From Marsupella aquatica (Eukaryota; Plantae; Marchantiophyta), in NCBI GenBank assembly GCA_973895155.1, contig OZ316897.1, positions 22,605,455-22,669,454 on the forward strand: 64,000 nucleotides of DNA, given 5' to 3'. Below the pieces are notes generated by a model. It had not been told where the DNA came from and ran no database searches. It saw nothing but the letters and a program-made list of their open reading frames with translations. The position numbers and the translations under genes were made by a program. Positions within the stretch are counted from its first letter, which is position 1. Each line of letters begins with the position of its first letter. Shown here one piece after another: positions 10,142-21,700 of the stretch.

Positions 10142-12310
10142 CCTTATTGTGTGCTCTTTTTGGAACATTCAAATCAAATCCACTTAGTGTAGCATATGGT
10201 GTACTACGTAGCATGATATATGCTCAGAGTATAGACGGATTTACTTTCTATACCATGATATGTGAGTCTGTCGGTGAATGCTTTTCCTTCTAATATCTGG
10301 TGCTATGTGATGTGTAATCACCAGGATGCATTGTGTGTTACTTATTGTACACAACAGGTAAAAACATGAAGGTTTAGGTTTTAATCAAATACTCAAATTC
10401 TGGGATCTGCATAACTTTAGAATTGCAATCTTCGTTGTGCCAAGTGAAGCTCTGAATTCAAGCTGTACAAATCAACCAGCTTGGCATAAACCCACATCTC
10501 AATGTGGGGTTCACATATTGAGACCCTCAGGGCATGACAGACTTACACTTTAGAAAAAGTTAACGTCAACTTCTTTTCTTTAATTTAAGTGAATCAGATT
10601 TACAAGAGGCAGTATCTAGAAACAAAAGCTAGGATGGAAGAGACATTGTCCCTGCCCATCCCCATGGACTGCGTGAAGGGATCATTGCTTTTACACCGAA
10701 AAGAAAAAGGAACTAGTTGTGGAAAGCATTTGATGATTTTGATTACCTTGGGGAGAAAGTAATCAAGACGTCATGTTGATCCTAAGTAACAAGAGGACTT
10801 CTTGATATCTTTCAGGTTCAAGTTGGTCGTCACTAAGATACCAAGAAAATTGGTTCAATAATGTAATTGAATCAGGCTGCAAATGGTTCGGAGACCATTT
10901 GTAGGGTCACAATTGAATAAAGTATGTAAATAGTCCCCATCCAAGCTTTGCTAGTACATCCGAGCTTCATAAACAAAGTGGAGGTTTTACTGTAGTATCT
11001 GGGAGTGGGACCCAAGAGGGTTCTAAACAATGAGTGCGCCTCAATAAAATAAAATTGGGCACATACTTTCATTCCCCTTTTTCTGGGATTCCGTCTTTGA
11101 TCTTACACATTCTGTGACCTCCATTGGATTCCACACCTATGGAAAAGGCAGCTCCGCAAGTACGTTCACAGGGTCATAATCGACGGTCGGATATACGCGT
11201 ACATGATAAACTCGCCTTCTACGTCGTCGATTTCACGCCCGTCATCGAAGACTGGTACAGTAGTGGTTCAGTTGACTGACCCCACGTTTGAAAATAATTG
11301 TCCGACCGACCAACTTCCTTGTTTGCCTTTGGCTTTCCTCTCGTGCGAAGGTGAGTAGCGTACTAGCGTGGAGCAAAGCTATGGCTAATCGTACTAGACC
11401 CAGGTGCGAAAAAGCAGCATCGATCCCGCCAGCTGACCAGCCCAGCAGGCAGCAGCTCATATCAATCAAAGCTCCGGTCAATCAAGCTCCACTCCACTAT
11501 TCTCGGTGGTGTGTCTCTCGTGGTGGAGCTCGGAGTTCTCGAATCTGGAGCTGCCGAGCTGCACTTCTACCAGATGCTACTTCCTTGACGACATGTGAAT
11601 GCAAAGGAATCCAGCAGCAGCTCATATCAATCAAGCTCCACTCCAAACTATTCTGAGTGGTGTGTGCCTTGTGGTGGAGCTGGGAGTTCTCGGATCAGGC
11701 TGCGACTTCAAGCAGATGCTAGTGAGACAGTAGTGTGAGAGTCGAAGGCATCGTTAGAGAATTCAATCCCACAAGCTGCTTCTGCTCCTGCTGGCTGGGA
11801 TCTGGCTGCGGGCCAGGTTATGTACAAGAGATTGCAAAACGGAATCATAGCGTATTCACGTGTTGAGGTGAGGTAACTTTAGGGTCTCGGACACAAGGAG
11901 GTGGAGAAGAAAGGATGCTCTATACTTGTAATGTGCTGCCTTTCTTCCGATATCGGAGGAGCATAATTGATTGCTGATAGAAACGGAGAGCAAACTACAA
12001 GTCGGGAGGGAATTTGGAGCGGATCTCGACAGGCAGGGTGCGTGAGACAAGACAGGCAGTGAGAGAGTGGACAGGTTGGGGCATTTGAGACGGGATCCTA
12101 TTCTAAAAGAGTTCACAATAAGCGAGAGTGACGAGTGAGATAGTAATTTGAGAGTGGGAGGCAGAGCAAGAAAATGGAACTAGAATGACTATTAGTGTAT
12201 CTATGAGTTCGATTCGAGCAGGCGTCGGTCAGTAGGGTGTGGCTGGGTGGGTGGAGCTAGAGGGGTCGTGAAGCAGCCGTAGCAGCAGCAGTTCGCGGAT
12301 GACAGGCACG

Positions 12311-12577
12311 ATGGGGGAGAAATACAATCCAAAGAGCAAGGACTTCCCGGAGTCATGGAAGGCGCTGCATCGGAAGCTACCCAAGTCGTTGAGCTCATTT
12401 CAGATTATTATCCTGGCGGGGTTTCTGTCATTGCTGATTATGAGGAGCACGATTGGGATAGCCAGAGTAAATTTTGCAGGCCAGTACACGACTGCCGCAG
12501 ACGACGAGTATGCGAAGGAGGAGCAGAGCAGGCTGATTGGTGACACCGACGATGAGCCGAAGCGAAATCTGGTCCAG
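12311..12577 (+). CDS. GT34 glycosyltransferase copy 2, coding exon 1
   Basis: Paralog of 1715-1981, same 267-nt length. Donor CAG|GTAGGC at 12578, phase 0. Alternative in-frame ATG at 12299. Confidence 0.85.
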
Positions 12578-13264
12578 GTAGGCAAATAGGCAAAGTTAAT
12601 CTCCAGCCACGTTTTTTCTGGTCGTTTGTCGCCTAATTTGTTAATCCAAGAGCTCCTGGGTCGCTCAAGAGGCGGTTGCATATTTGCATGAGTGACACCG
12701 TCGACACTCTTTGTGAAGCCTCAGCTGCCGCAGATGGTCACGAGTTGTCGTCCAGACCGGATCGTCTATCAAAGCGCATTGCTCATTCGCTAGAACTCTA
12801 CCAGGGTAGAAATGCTTTTGGGGTCTGGGCAATTTGCTGTAGACGAATCCACAGGGCCGGGCTGGATGGAAAGTTTCCGCTCATCGGAGTTGTGCATCCT
12901 TTTGGGTTTCAATCCTGGAATTCAACCGTTTCAAAATGCTTTGTCACCGGGCCGTTGTCCACATAGCTTCGCAATCTTTATCACTGATTCACCAACATTC
13001 CATGATAGAAACTAATTCTCCCCCTATGGTGTTCCTCATGGGGCTGGTCTTGAATCTGTGGCCCATCCGACGGTCCGAATCTCGATTTCAAGTCTTTCTC
13101 AAAGCTCATTTGTAGGGAGGATTGGTTTTTGAGGTTTAGGCTATTTGATTTGGAAGAATGTCACAGCTGTGGACATCATAAGGCTATGAAGTTAAGCTTG
13201 TTTGGAATTTCCTTGAATTTCTGAGAGCCGGTGGACTGAATATGTTTTCTACCTGAATTGCTAG

Positions 13265-15046
13265 GCAGGAAATTTGGACATATTTGATAAGGTTCAAAAC
13301 ACGGGCATGAAGAAGCCCAACGTGGAAAATGAGGAAGAGATGGACCGGCAGGTCACGGAGGAGCAGCCTCAGAAAGCTGTTGAGGCGGTTGACAAGAAGA
13401 CGGGCGAAGTTGTCAAGAATGTCAAGGAGGAGGTTCCCCAGAAAGCTGTTAAGGCAGTGGAGAAGAAGACAGGCAACGATGTGATTGATGTCATGGACGA
13501 GCAGCCCCGAAAAGCTACTGAGAAGAAGATACCCGTTCTTCCAGGATCCAAGGAGATTGTCGTTGAAAACCTCGAGCAGGTCGAAGCTGAATTGGGGGAA
13601 GAGGAGACCGCAGAGGAGCACCCCGAGTTTGAAAAGTTGGATGAGGGTGAGAAGGGGGAATTTGTCAGCAGCACTAAGCAGCCAACAAAAGTAGCGGATT
13701 CGAAGGACAAGAAGCAAACAAAGCTGCCAACTGCAGACCCCAAGCCCACGAAAGATAATTCTGCGGAGGAAAAGGCTGAGAAGGCCAGCAGCAAGGAAGA
13801 AAATTCCCCCGACGAAAAGAAGTCCGAGGAGCAGGAGTCCGCCGCAGCGAAGGAGGCTGGCAATGGGAAGGATGTAGCTCAAGAGGAAGCTGAAGAAGCT
13901 GAGGCTGAAGAGGAGAAGGTTCAAGACTCCAAACCCGAGCAGCCACGGAAGCTTACTCCCGAGGAGCTGAAATCGCTCACAGAGGAGGCCATTGCGAACA
14001 TGCGTAAAGTTACCCGTAGAGATGATCCAAATGCGTTCACTTTGGGCCCGAAAATCAGTGATTGGGATGAGCAGCGTGCAGCGTGGCTAGAGAAGAATCC
14101 TGGCATGAGAAGCACAGATCCCCACAAGCCCAAAGTGCTTCTCCTCTCTGGATCCCAACCGGGGCCTTGCAACAGCTCCGTGGGAGATCATTATCTCTTG
14201 AAAATGATTAAGAACAAGGTGGACTATGCACGGATACACAAGATAGAGACTTTCTACAGCTTCGCACATTTGGACAAGCCGATGTCTAACTTCTGGGCTA
14301 AGCTGCCACTCATCAGGAAGATGATGCTCATGAGGCCCGAGGTGGAGTGGATGTTCTGGATGGACAGCGACGCCATGTTTACCGACATGGTGTTCGAAAT
14401 TCCGTTCGAGAGGTACCAGGAGCACAATCTGGTGATGTGGGGTATTCCGGAGGTGTACGACCAAAGGTCGTGGGTGGCTTGCAATACTGGTGTCGTGTTC
14501 TTCCGAAACAACCAATGGACGCTCGATCTCCTTGACGTTTGGTCTCACATGGGGCCTGAAGGGGAAATCAGGAACGAGGCTGGCAAGATTTTGACCTCGT
14601 ACTTGGCGATGAGGCCGGAGATGATGGCGGATGACCAGTCCGCTCTTGTGTTCCTCCTGCTCACAATGCCGGAGCTTCGGTCGAAGGTCTTTCTGGAGGG
14701 CGAGTACTTGCTCAGCGGCTACTGGGTTGATCTCGTGGACAGGTACGAGGAGTTCTCGGGCAAGTCTCGTCCTGGAGCAGGCGGGTGGAATTGGCCATTC
14801 ACAACGCACTTCACCGGCTGCCAACCATGCACTGGCATCAACAATAAAATATACGAAGGGAATAGCTGCCTCGATGGCATGGAGAGAGCGTTTAACTTCG
14901 CTGACAATCAAGTGCTAAGGCCCTTCGGATTCGAGCACGAGAATTTACAGGGTTCGAAGGTGTTAAGGATAAGGAATGAGACCACGAAACCAATCTGGTC
15001 GGTTCCGGTTGATAATCCTTGGGCGGTGCAATCGTTTTACTCTTGA
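13265..15046 (+). CDS. GT34 glycosyltransferase copy 2, exon 2; about 682 aa spliced
   Basis: Acceptor CTAG|GCA at 13264 is in frame with the 590-aa ORF. Same GT34 motifs as copy 1 (WMDSDAMFTD, ADDQSA, THFTGCQPC, AFNFADNQ). Confidence 0.93.
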   Translation, partial: AGNLDIFDKVQNTGMKKPNVENEEEMDRQVTEEQPQKAVEAVDKKTGEVVKNVKEEVPQKAVKAVEKKTGNDVIDVMDEQPRKATEKKIPVLPGSKEIVVENLEQVEAELGEEETAEEHPEFEKLDEGEKGEFVSSTKQPTKVADSKDKKQTKLPTADPKPTKDNSAEEKAEKASSKEENSPDEKKSEEQESAAAKEAGNGKDVAQEEAEEAEAEEEKVQDSKPEQPRKLTPEELKSLTEEAIANMRKVTRRDDPNAFTLGPKISDWDEQRAAWLEKNPGMRSTDPHKPKVLLLSGSQPGPCNSSVGDHYLLKMIKNKVDYARIHKIETFYSFAHLDKPMSNFWAKLPLIRKMMLMRPEVEWMFWMDSDAMFTDMVFEIPFERYQEHNLVMWGIPEVYDQRSWVACNTGVVFFRNNQWTLDLLDVWSHMGPEGEIRNEAGKILTSYLAMRPEMMADDQSALVFLLLTMPELRSKVFLEGEYLLSGYWVDLVDRYEEFSGKSRPGAGGWNWPFTTHFTGCQPCTGINNKIYEGNSCLDGMERAFNFADNQVLRPFGFEHENLQGSKVLRIRNETTKPIWSVPVDNPWAVQSFYS

Positions 15047-16699
15047 GCTCGTTTCTTGGCTGAGTCGTACGCATTTAAGTGGACTGTAAGTTGTGCACCG
15101 GACCTTCACCATGCCGTGCCAATGCACCTTTTATTCAACTTCCCGAGGAGAGCACGCGAGATGGACGAATCACACATTTTTGGACGCAAGGGCGCCCGTC
15201 GATGGCGCAAGCCACAATACATCTGATGATTCGTGTATAAATTCTTCGGCGATCTGAATGTCCCCAAGTTTACTTTCGTTCTGTCTGAACTTCAGACTGC
15301 GCAGGCAAGGCTCTTTCGCGTATAAGAAGGAAGGAAACGAATTCCTTCATTTGGATTTACAGAGTTCGTCGTGTGTTGGGTATGCGCTAACAACAAAGGA
15401 CACCTATTCATCTTTTCAGGTGCATCGAATCCACTGTACAGTACATCAAGCGCAAAACGGTATGGAGGGGTGTGTCAGCGATTTAGGTTCCTCCGAAGGT
15501 AAAGTAGATTCGCGCAATGACGAGTTTCGTTAAGCTAAGACCCTTCACCTCAGTGACCTTTTTGTGTAAGGTAGAGCAGAACACAACAGGGGACAGCAGA
15601 GAAGAGTAGAGCATATCGTTCGGTAGAATAGAGATTAAAAGGAATTCCGTTGTGCCCTTAGCACAAGATGTAAGATCTATATAGGGTTGAGCCTTGAACA
15701 GCTCATGACATTCTTATGGCAAGTAGCCTACAAAATAAAGTGAATGAAGATGGGTCACATCGAAGATCCAGTTGTCACGAGAATTGAAGAGAGATGCCTA
15801 GACTTTTGCAAGCTGGATGCTGATAGTTATGATGTAGAAAGTTCTTCTCAGGTCATTCTCTCGTCACGGTCACATTTGGTGACTGGAAGTAGGGGATGTC
15901 TACCTCCTGACTCCGTATGCTTCATACAGGACGGCTCAGACGAGCCTTGTGTCAACGATGGCGTACCCTTACACAGCCGATCAACAAATGACAGGTGCAG
16001 TGGTGGACAGGGGTTGGAGCGTTCGGAAATTCGTAATTTTAACAGGAGACCATGTCTGTAAGATCATGGCCTGCATTGCTGTACTGGCAAGCCCGAGACC
16101 GTGCGGGGATCCGGAATTGGCAACTAGTCGATACTTCCCAGGGACTTTTACTACCGATCCCCTGGAAGATCGCCTACTTCAGAATGGCGGACAAGCTTGC
16201 AAGGCGATTCCTCCTCCTTTGAATCAGGGACCACTCGATTAAAAGCTCAGGTTTTATGACATGGACTCGCACGACAATTCTTCGCTTTCAAGGTCATCAT
16301 TGGACTATTGCTCATTTTCTCATGTCCAGGGATTAGTGGCTTAAGCCTTGTGTCTCTTGGGCGACTCCTCATGTCACTGAAACAGTAATTCCTATTTTCC
16401 AGAAGAACCGTACTTGGCATCAAAGACTTGAACGACGAGTTTTGGCCTTTCTATGTAGGTGGTAGTGACCATCCTCTTCTCACGTCATTCTCTTGACAGA
16501 TAACTCTAAATGCAGATCTCTTCTCGCGTCATTCTCATGACAAGTGTAAATTCCACAAATGGATTCATAGCCGGTTGTGGAGCATTGCTCTGGACCTGAA
16601 GATCTCATTCTCGAAGTTGTTTGATTCTGGTTGTCTAGTGCTGTGAAGTTGAGGTTGTCTCAATTTCCAAAAAGTCTTATTATGCTCCCGCAGAACTGC

Positions 16700-18700
16700 T
16701 GCTGACTTCCAGCGAATCACATCCCAAAGCCTTCTGCTAGTTTTCGCATTTTAGCCCCTGTTTGAATCCAGAGACAACACGCACAACTCACCTTGGATCT
16801 GTGTCTAAATAACAGTCAAACTCACTCCCAGATTTGGCACAATGAGGACCACAGGGGCTATTGGGCTCCTCAATTGGGGCTACAGAGTTTCTCCACAGCT
16901 AATCCAGGCATCCCTGTGGATTGGGAAGGAGAGCAGAATTGATTTTTTGCTCTTTTGGGCAACCACCTCTTGGTTTTCAGAATTTGAAAGTTAGACATCA
17001 CAAACTACATTTGATTGGAACGTCATTGACATCACTGGAAACAGCACGTAACTCTTGCTGAGCCGATTCCGTTCTCAATGGGAGTTGAGCAAAAGGTACT
17101 TCCAGCAATGGGTGTCAATGATGGATGCGGTCGATCACGGTCACCCAGTGCCCGATGCGTTCATCAAGAGACTGAAGCTTGGACTCCAACGGAATACTAT
17201 ACACAGCCAGGAGGAACCTTTCAGGCATTGCCAGTTTAGCCCCCTACCCGGCCCTCTGTTCCTGGTGAATTTGCAATGAGTCTTTGGGTGATCAGTTGAT
17301 GATAGTGCCACACAAACTAGGAACCAACTTGCTTGCTGTGAGCGGTCCTACATTTTCAGGCCTTCAAATTGACTTCATGGCAGAATTTAACTGAATCCCT
17401 CTTGTGCCAGGCCTGTCAGCAAAAAATTAAGAGCTACAAGGGCAAGTTTCCTGCCCTTGAGGTCCAGACTTCAAACTCCAGCATAAAACAGCCGCCTGAA
17501 TGGGACATATGGCATGAAACTCTGCCATGGCAAGCATTGCTGCAATCTGTTTTTTCCATAATGTTTCGCAAATGTTGAAAGCCGCATTGTTGAGGTCGCA
17601 AATGTTGAAGGCCACATTGTTGAGGACCTCCACATGCAAGTTGGCTCTAAGGCTAGATAGTGCCACCTTTCACATCCCCCTGGGCCAGTTCACAGGCACA
17701 AAATATGCGAATTTGACACCCTCTAATAGGAGCCCTGTTTTGTTCTACTAGTTTGGAATGATTTTGGGATGTACCCATATTGGCCACTTAGCACCTTGAT
17801 CTTTGCACCTTGGTAGGATTCTGACTACTACTTACATCCTGACGTTCTGATATTGACACTTTTCGTGAGCTGTATCTCAGTCTGCTCTACTGTCAATCTT
17901 CCTAAATCCAGGCCACTTGTGGAAATGTGGAAATTCGGAAAAAGATAAAACGAGCTTCCTTTTGCAGTTTTACAGCCCCAGCTGGCTAAGGTGGAGGTTG
18001 GCAGAAAGTTTCCTATACAATGAAGTGCTGACCATGTGACCCCACCTTTTTTCTGAGCCAAATGGAATCTCCCAGTTCATCGTCGTTGAGCCCTGGTGCA
18101 CTATTGGCTTCGCAGGCGGAATGCATGGCAGGAAGCAGAAGTCGACGCCGACCAAGTCTTTCCATGGTTGGGTTATGTGCGGGACCATGGGCGCAGCCAT
18201 GGAATTTACAGACCCCTAAGCACCAACGTATATTAACCATAGATCACAACACCAGTCTAAGCGTTCCTTCTGCCATAGCCAATGTCCAGGGGAGCACCAA
18301 CACTCATAGCCCATATCAATGAAGTGCTGAAACAGCAGCTACAGTCTTGAAGTCAGCCATTCGAACAGACCGTCAATTTACAGTATGGCAAAGTGCTGGA
18401 TCACACGAAAGCACTGATACTGATAGATCAATGGATTATATCTGCCCAGCGATCGTTGGCTGAAGCCATCTCGCGGCTGCTAGACTGGGCTAGCGCAAGA
18501 GAGTGGGTCCTCCATCCACTCGCTTGCGTGCCAGGGACCTATTCAAGCCTTACTGGGGAATAAAGTATAGCCTTGGAGTCTCGAACAAGGCGACAACCAG
18601 ATTGAAGAAAAGCTCGGGGAAAGGCTATGGTGGTCTGATTTCTCCATGCCTTTCTAATCTTTGGTTTTCCAAGCCACACCATCGTGGTGGACCTCCCATC
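16700..18700 (-). mobile_element. Possible heavily decayed non-LTR (LINE) ORF2 relic
   Basis: Trp-rich broken minus-strand frames and LARKRVDGG (about 18505-18535), resembling the post-RT W...K..GGLG motif. No RT core recognised; boundaries approximate. Confidence 0.25.
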
Positions 18701-21700
18701 TGACTTGAGAAAGTGTCTATAAGCCCAGCGAAAAGGGCGCCAGAACTCAAAAATAATGAAGATCGTTTCGGCTACATACAAACACGCCCAAGAAAAGGCT
18801 ATAGCAAAGACACTAATAGTGAACAAAAGTGAACGAAATCAATGAGTGGCCAAGCTAAAGCGTTATGCCTATCAAGCCAATAATTCCTAAAACGATGTGG
18901 GCTCAATCGTCACACAGTGAAAAAATTAACGAAGCAGCAAAGGTAGTAAAATCTAGTATAGGTGATCCTATCAGGGCAGTTTTGGGGTTTTTCTTCTTAA
19001 GCAGAGTGGCAAATGACACCTTTTGTGAAGGAAAATATGCTAAAAGTATTCTTTATCTGATTTCCTGCACTCCTGGTTTTCCGGACCATTAGATAACCAT
19101 CAAATTCTGGGGAATGAGGTCTGGCTAGGTGCGAAACTGGCTAATGAAACACAAAAATTCTGGGAAGAAAATTTTTCCTTGAGTAAAAAGATCTAGCGAT
19201 CTTTTGCCACTCGAACAATGCTGATCCTTATGCCAATAATTCCCCAAACCAAAAGTGTACGTTTAATGTTTGCTGGAAACTAAGGCCAACGTCTCTACTA
19301 AACCTTTTACACAAGGAAATCTATTAAAGGGACTAACACAAAACTTGACCAATGAAAATATATTAAAGGGAAGTTCACTTATGTTTGTCTTGAACCAATC
19401 GCACCAAACTACAATATATTAAGTATAAGAGATAAGAGTATCCATTGCAAGGAGTTTGTAAAGAAGACAGCCCACCAATTGTCTAATGCTGGGCAGAAAT
19501 TCGAGGTGATTTGGAATACTTTAATAATGCACTACAAATTTCGTTAATCTTAAAAAACCCATTTGTACCACGGAGGACAGTGAAAAGCCCAAGGTTGCTA
19601 CAGATCGAACAGTTTGTTAACACAAATGGTTGAATAGCATGACTGCACTAATTGAGCAGGTGTGACTGGGCAACTATGGCATCAAAAAACAAAACTTTGG
19701 GGTTTGCATTTGCCCTCAACTTTATTTGATCTCTCGCGCCACTTTTGCTTCCACTAGAGTATATTAATTTGTTTGGCCCTTTACAGTAAATTGATCCATT
19801 CTCTCAAAAGTTGAGTCTATGGCTGCCTGGTCTGATATTCCAGTACTCATTTTTGGATGACTATAATAGGAGCTGGTGGAACCCAAAGACTTTTCTGGAT
19901 GGTAAGACATTTGTGACAACTTGGTAGGGACCACGTGGGACTCGTGTGACTTGTTCAACTCACAGACTTTGGTCACACAAGGTCTCTGGGGTTTTGCACC
20001 CTACCTTTGACCGGCTTTTGCTAGCATTATTGTTTGATCTTTTGTGTAAAGTGGGCGCCTTATCCCCCATTCCAGAGGGAAATTCACTCATTCAAGACTA
20101 GTAGGGACACTGAGTCCTCTGGGTGGGAAAATCTCTGGACATTATTTAACTCCTTATTTTGTACATGATAGACAAGAAAGAAGCTATGAATGCATATCAC
20201 AGTTTCCTCAATTGAAACGTCCCTTGACTTTGCTCACTTTCTAGTATCAAAGGGGATGAATCTATTTCATTCTACAACAGGGAATGTGGGCAGGGATCGG
20301 GGCAGGTATATATATATTTGTGCTAACTGTTGATAACTCTAACTTCTGTCATCTTACTACGTACCAAATACCTTTTGTTTGTGGAGCTTGTCTGAGGTCA
20401 TACTCATAGCTTCGTCAAACCTACAGCTGTACCTGAGGCCAAACTACTTCCTCTAGAGCATCACGTCTTCCATGACATAGGACGACCGCTTTTTTTCAAA
20501 GAGATCGTGCTTTACAGGTCAGGCGAGATAATTGGTACGTGAATCTATATTGATCTAGTCCCCACAGTTTCCAGCGAGATAGGAATAACACTCGAAAAGA
20601 AGAAGGGTCAACCCAAGCTCAGAAAAGGAGACTGAACCATGAAGTAAAATTGTAGAACGCAATCGTCATCACAATTATTAAGAAGCCTGGATTTGCTTTT
20701 CTGAACCACGCACGGAGGAGAGCCTAATGAGCATGATTGTTTTAATCATAATAATCTTACCGTAGTACCGCAGAGATGGTAAATTGGGACGTCCTAGAAC
20801 GTACGTGCAAACCCGACAGCAACTTCATAGTTTGGAGAACAGTACAGTCAACAAGATTGTATCAGATTTTAGAACCCTGGGCCTCCCTTACATTCGTGGC
20901 TTTCTGTCATGAAAATAATATATTGAAAGACAGCTTTGCGACCAAGAATTGCTCTCCAGAGTGTATGCTTGCCCCTTCGAGTCTCACTTTGACTGGCTCT
21001 GACTGTCACTCCTTCTGAAATGTTTAGAGCACGTACTGTCGTCGTTGCCTTTCGAGCCCCAAGGTCCGTCTGTGACTGAGTAAACAGCGTTACTAACTTG
21101 CATGCCTCAGTCGGTCAGTCCTCGGGAGATCCCCCCATGTCTGGTTTCCTACTTTTGCAAATGGAGAATCATTTGTAATCGCACTTGGGAGAGACTAAAC
21201 GTGTCACGACATTTGGACAGACCAGCAGAGGATCGCAGTAACAAAAAGGGCCAAACAATGTGCATATATGGGAGTAAGGAGGTCGAAGTGGAGCTAGAGA
21301 GGGAAAACACCAATCTCAAAAAGAAAGGGCAAAATAATGTGGACCCCAAAACCTACAAAGAGGGGGAAAACGAAAATAGGGATAACTATCGAAACGAAAG
21401 GGCAAATGTAAACCCCAAAACCTAGAAAGAGGAGGAAAACGGAGAGGGATAGCAGTCGAATAGTGTCATGACTAAGTAGTGGTTCACAGGCGTAAGTTTT
21501 AAAAGTTAGAGCTAGGACTAATCTCAGTTTTCAATTGGGAGTTCTCGTGGGAGTTGATGCCTGGGCTGCTGGACCATCCACTCCCATAAACTCTGCTTTC
21601 TTCACCTTGAAGAGGGTGGGGGCTCTCGCTAGCAAGCTTATGGAATGAAGACCCCCCACGGCCCAGAGTAAGCCCTCTTGAAATTGCTTTACCAAAGTAT

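Larger units (their letters stand above)
11450..16419 (+). repeat. Tandem segmental duplication, unit 2
   Basis: See unit 1. Carries two copies of the about 165-nt leader unit CAGCAGCTCATATCAATCAAGCTCCACTCC (11450, 11615). Confidence 0.9.

Noticed and set aside
14087-14911. 274-aa antisense ORF (also 13184-13924, 3123-3431, 34762-35049)
   Set aside because: Antisense shadows of GT34 exons; the long ORF is not preserved intact in copy 1.
15744-16061. Small sense ORF after a TATA-like motif in both 3' flanks
   Set aside because: All inter-copy changes in the shared part are non-synonymous and the frames diverge after about 34 codons.
17567-17626. 30-bp tandem duplications (also 23770-23838, 53417-53450, 62700-62775, and 57443 vs 57686)
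   Set aside because: Ordinary local duplications with no further structure.
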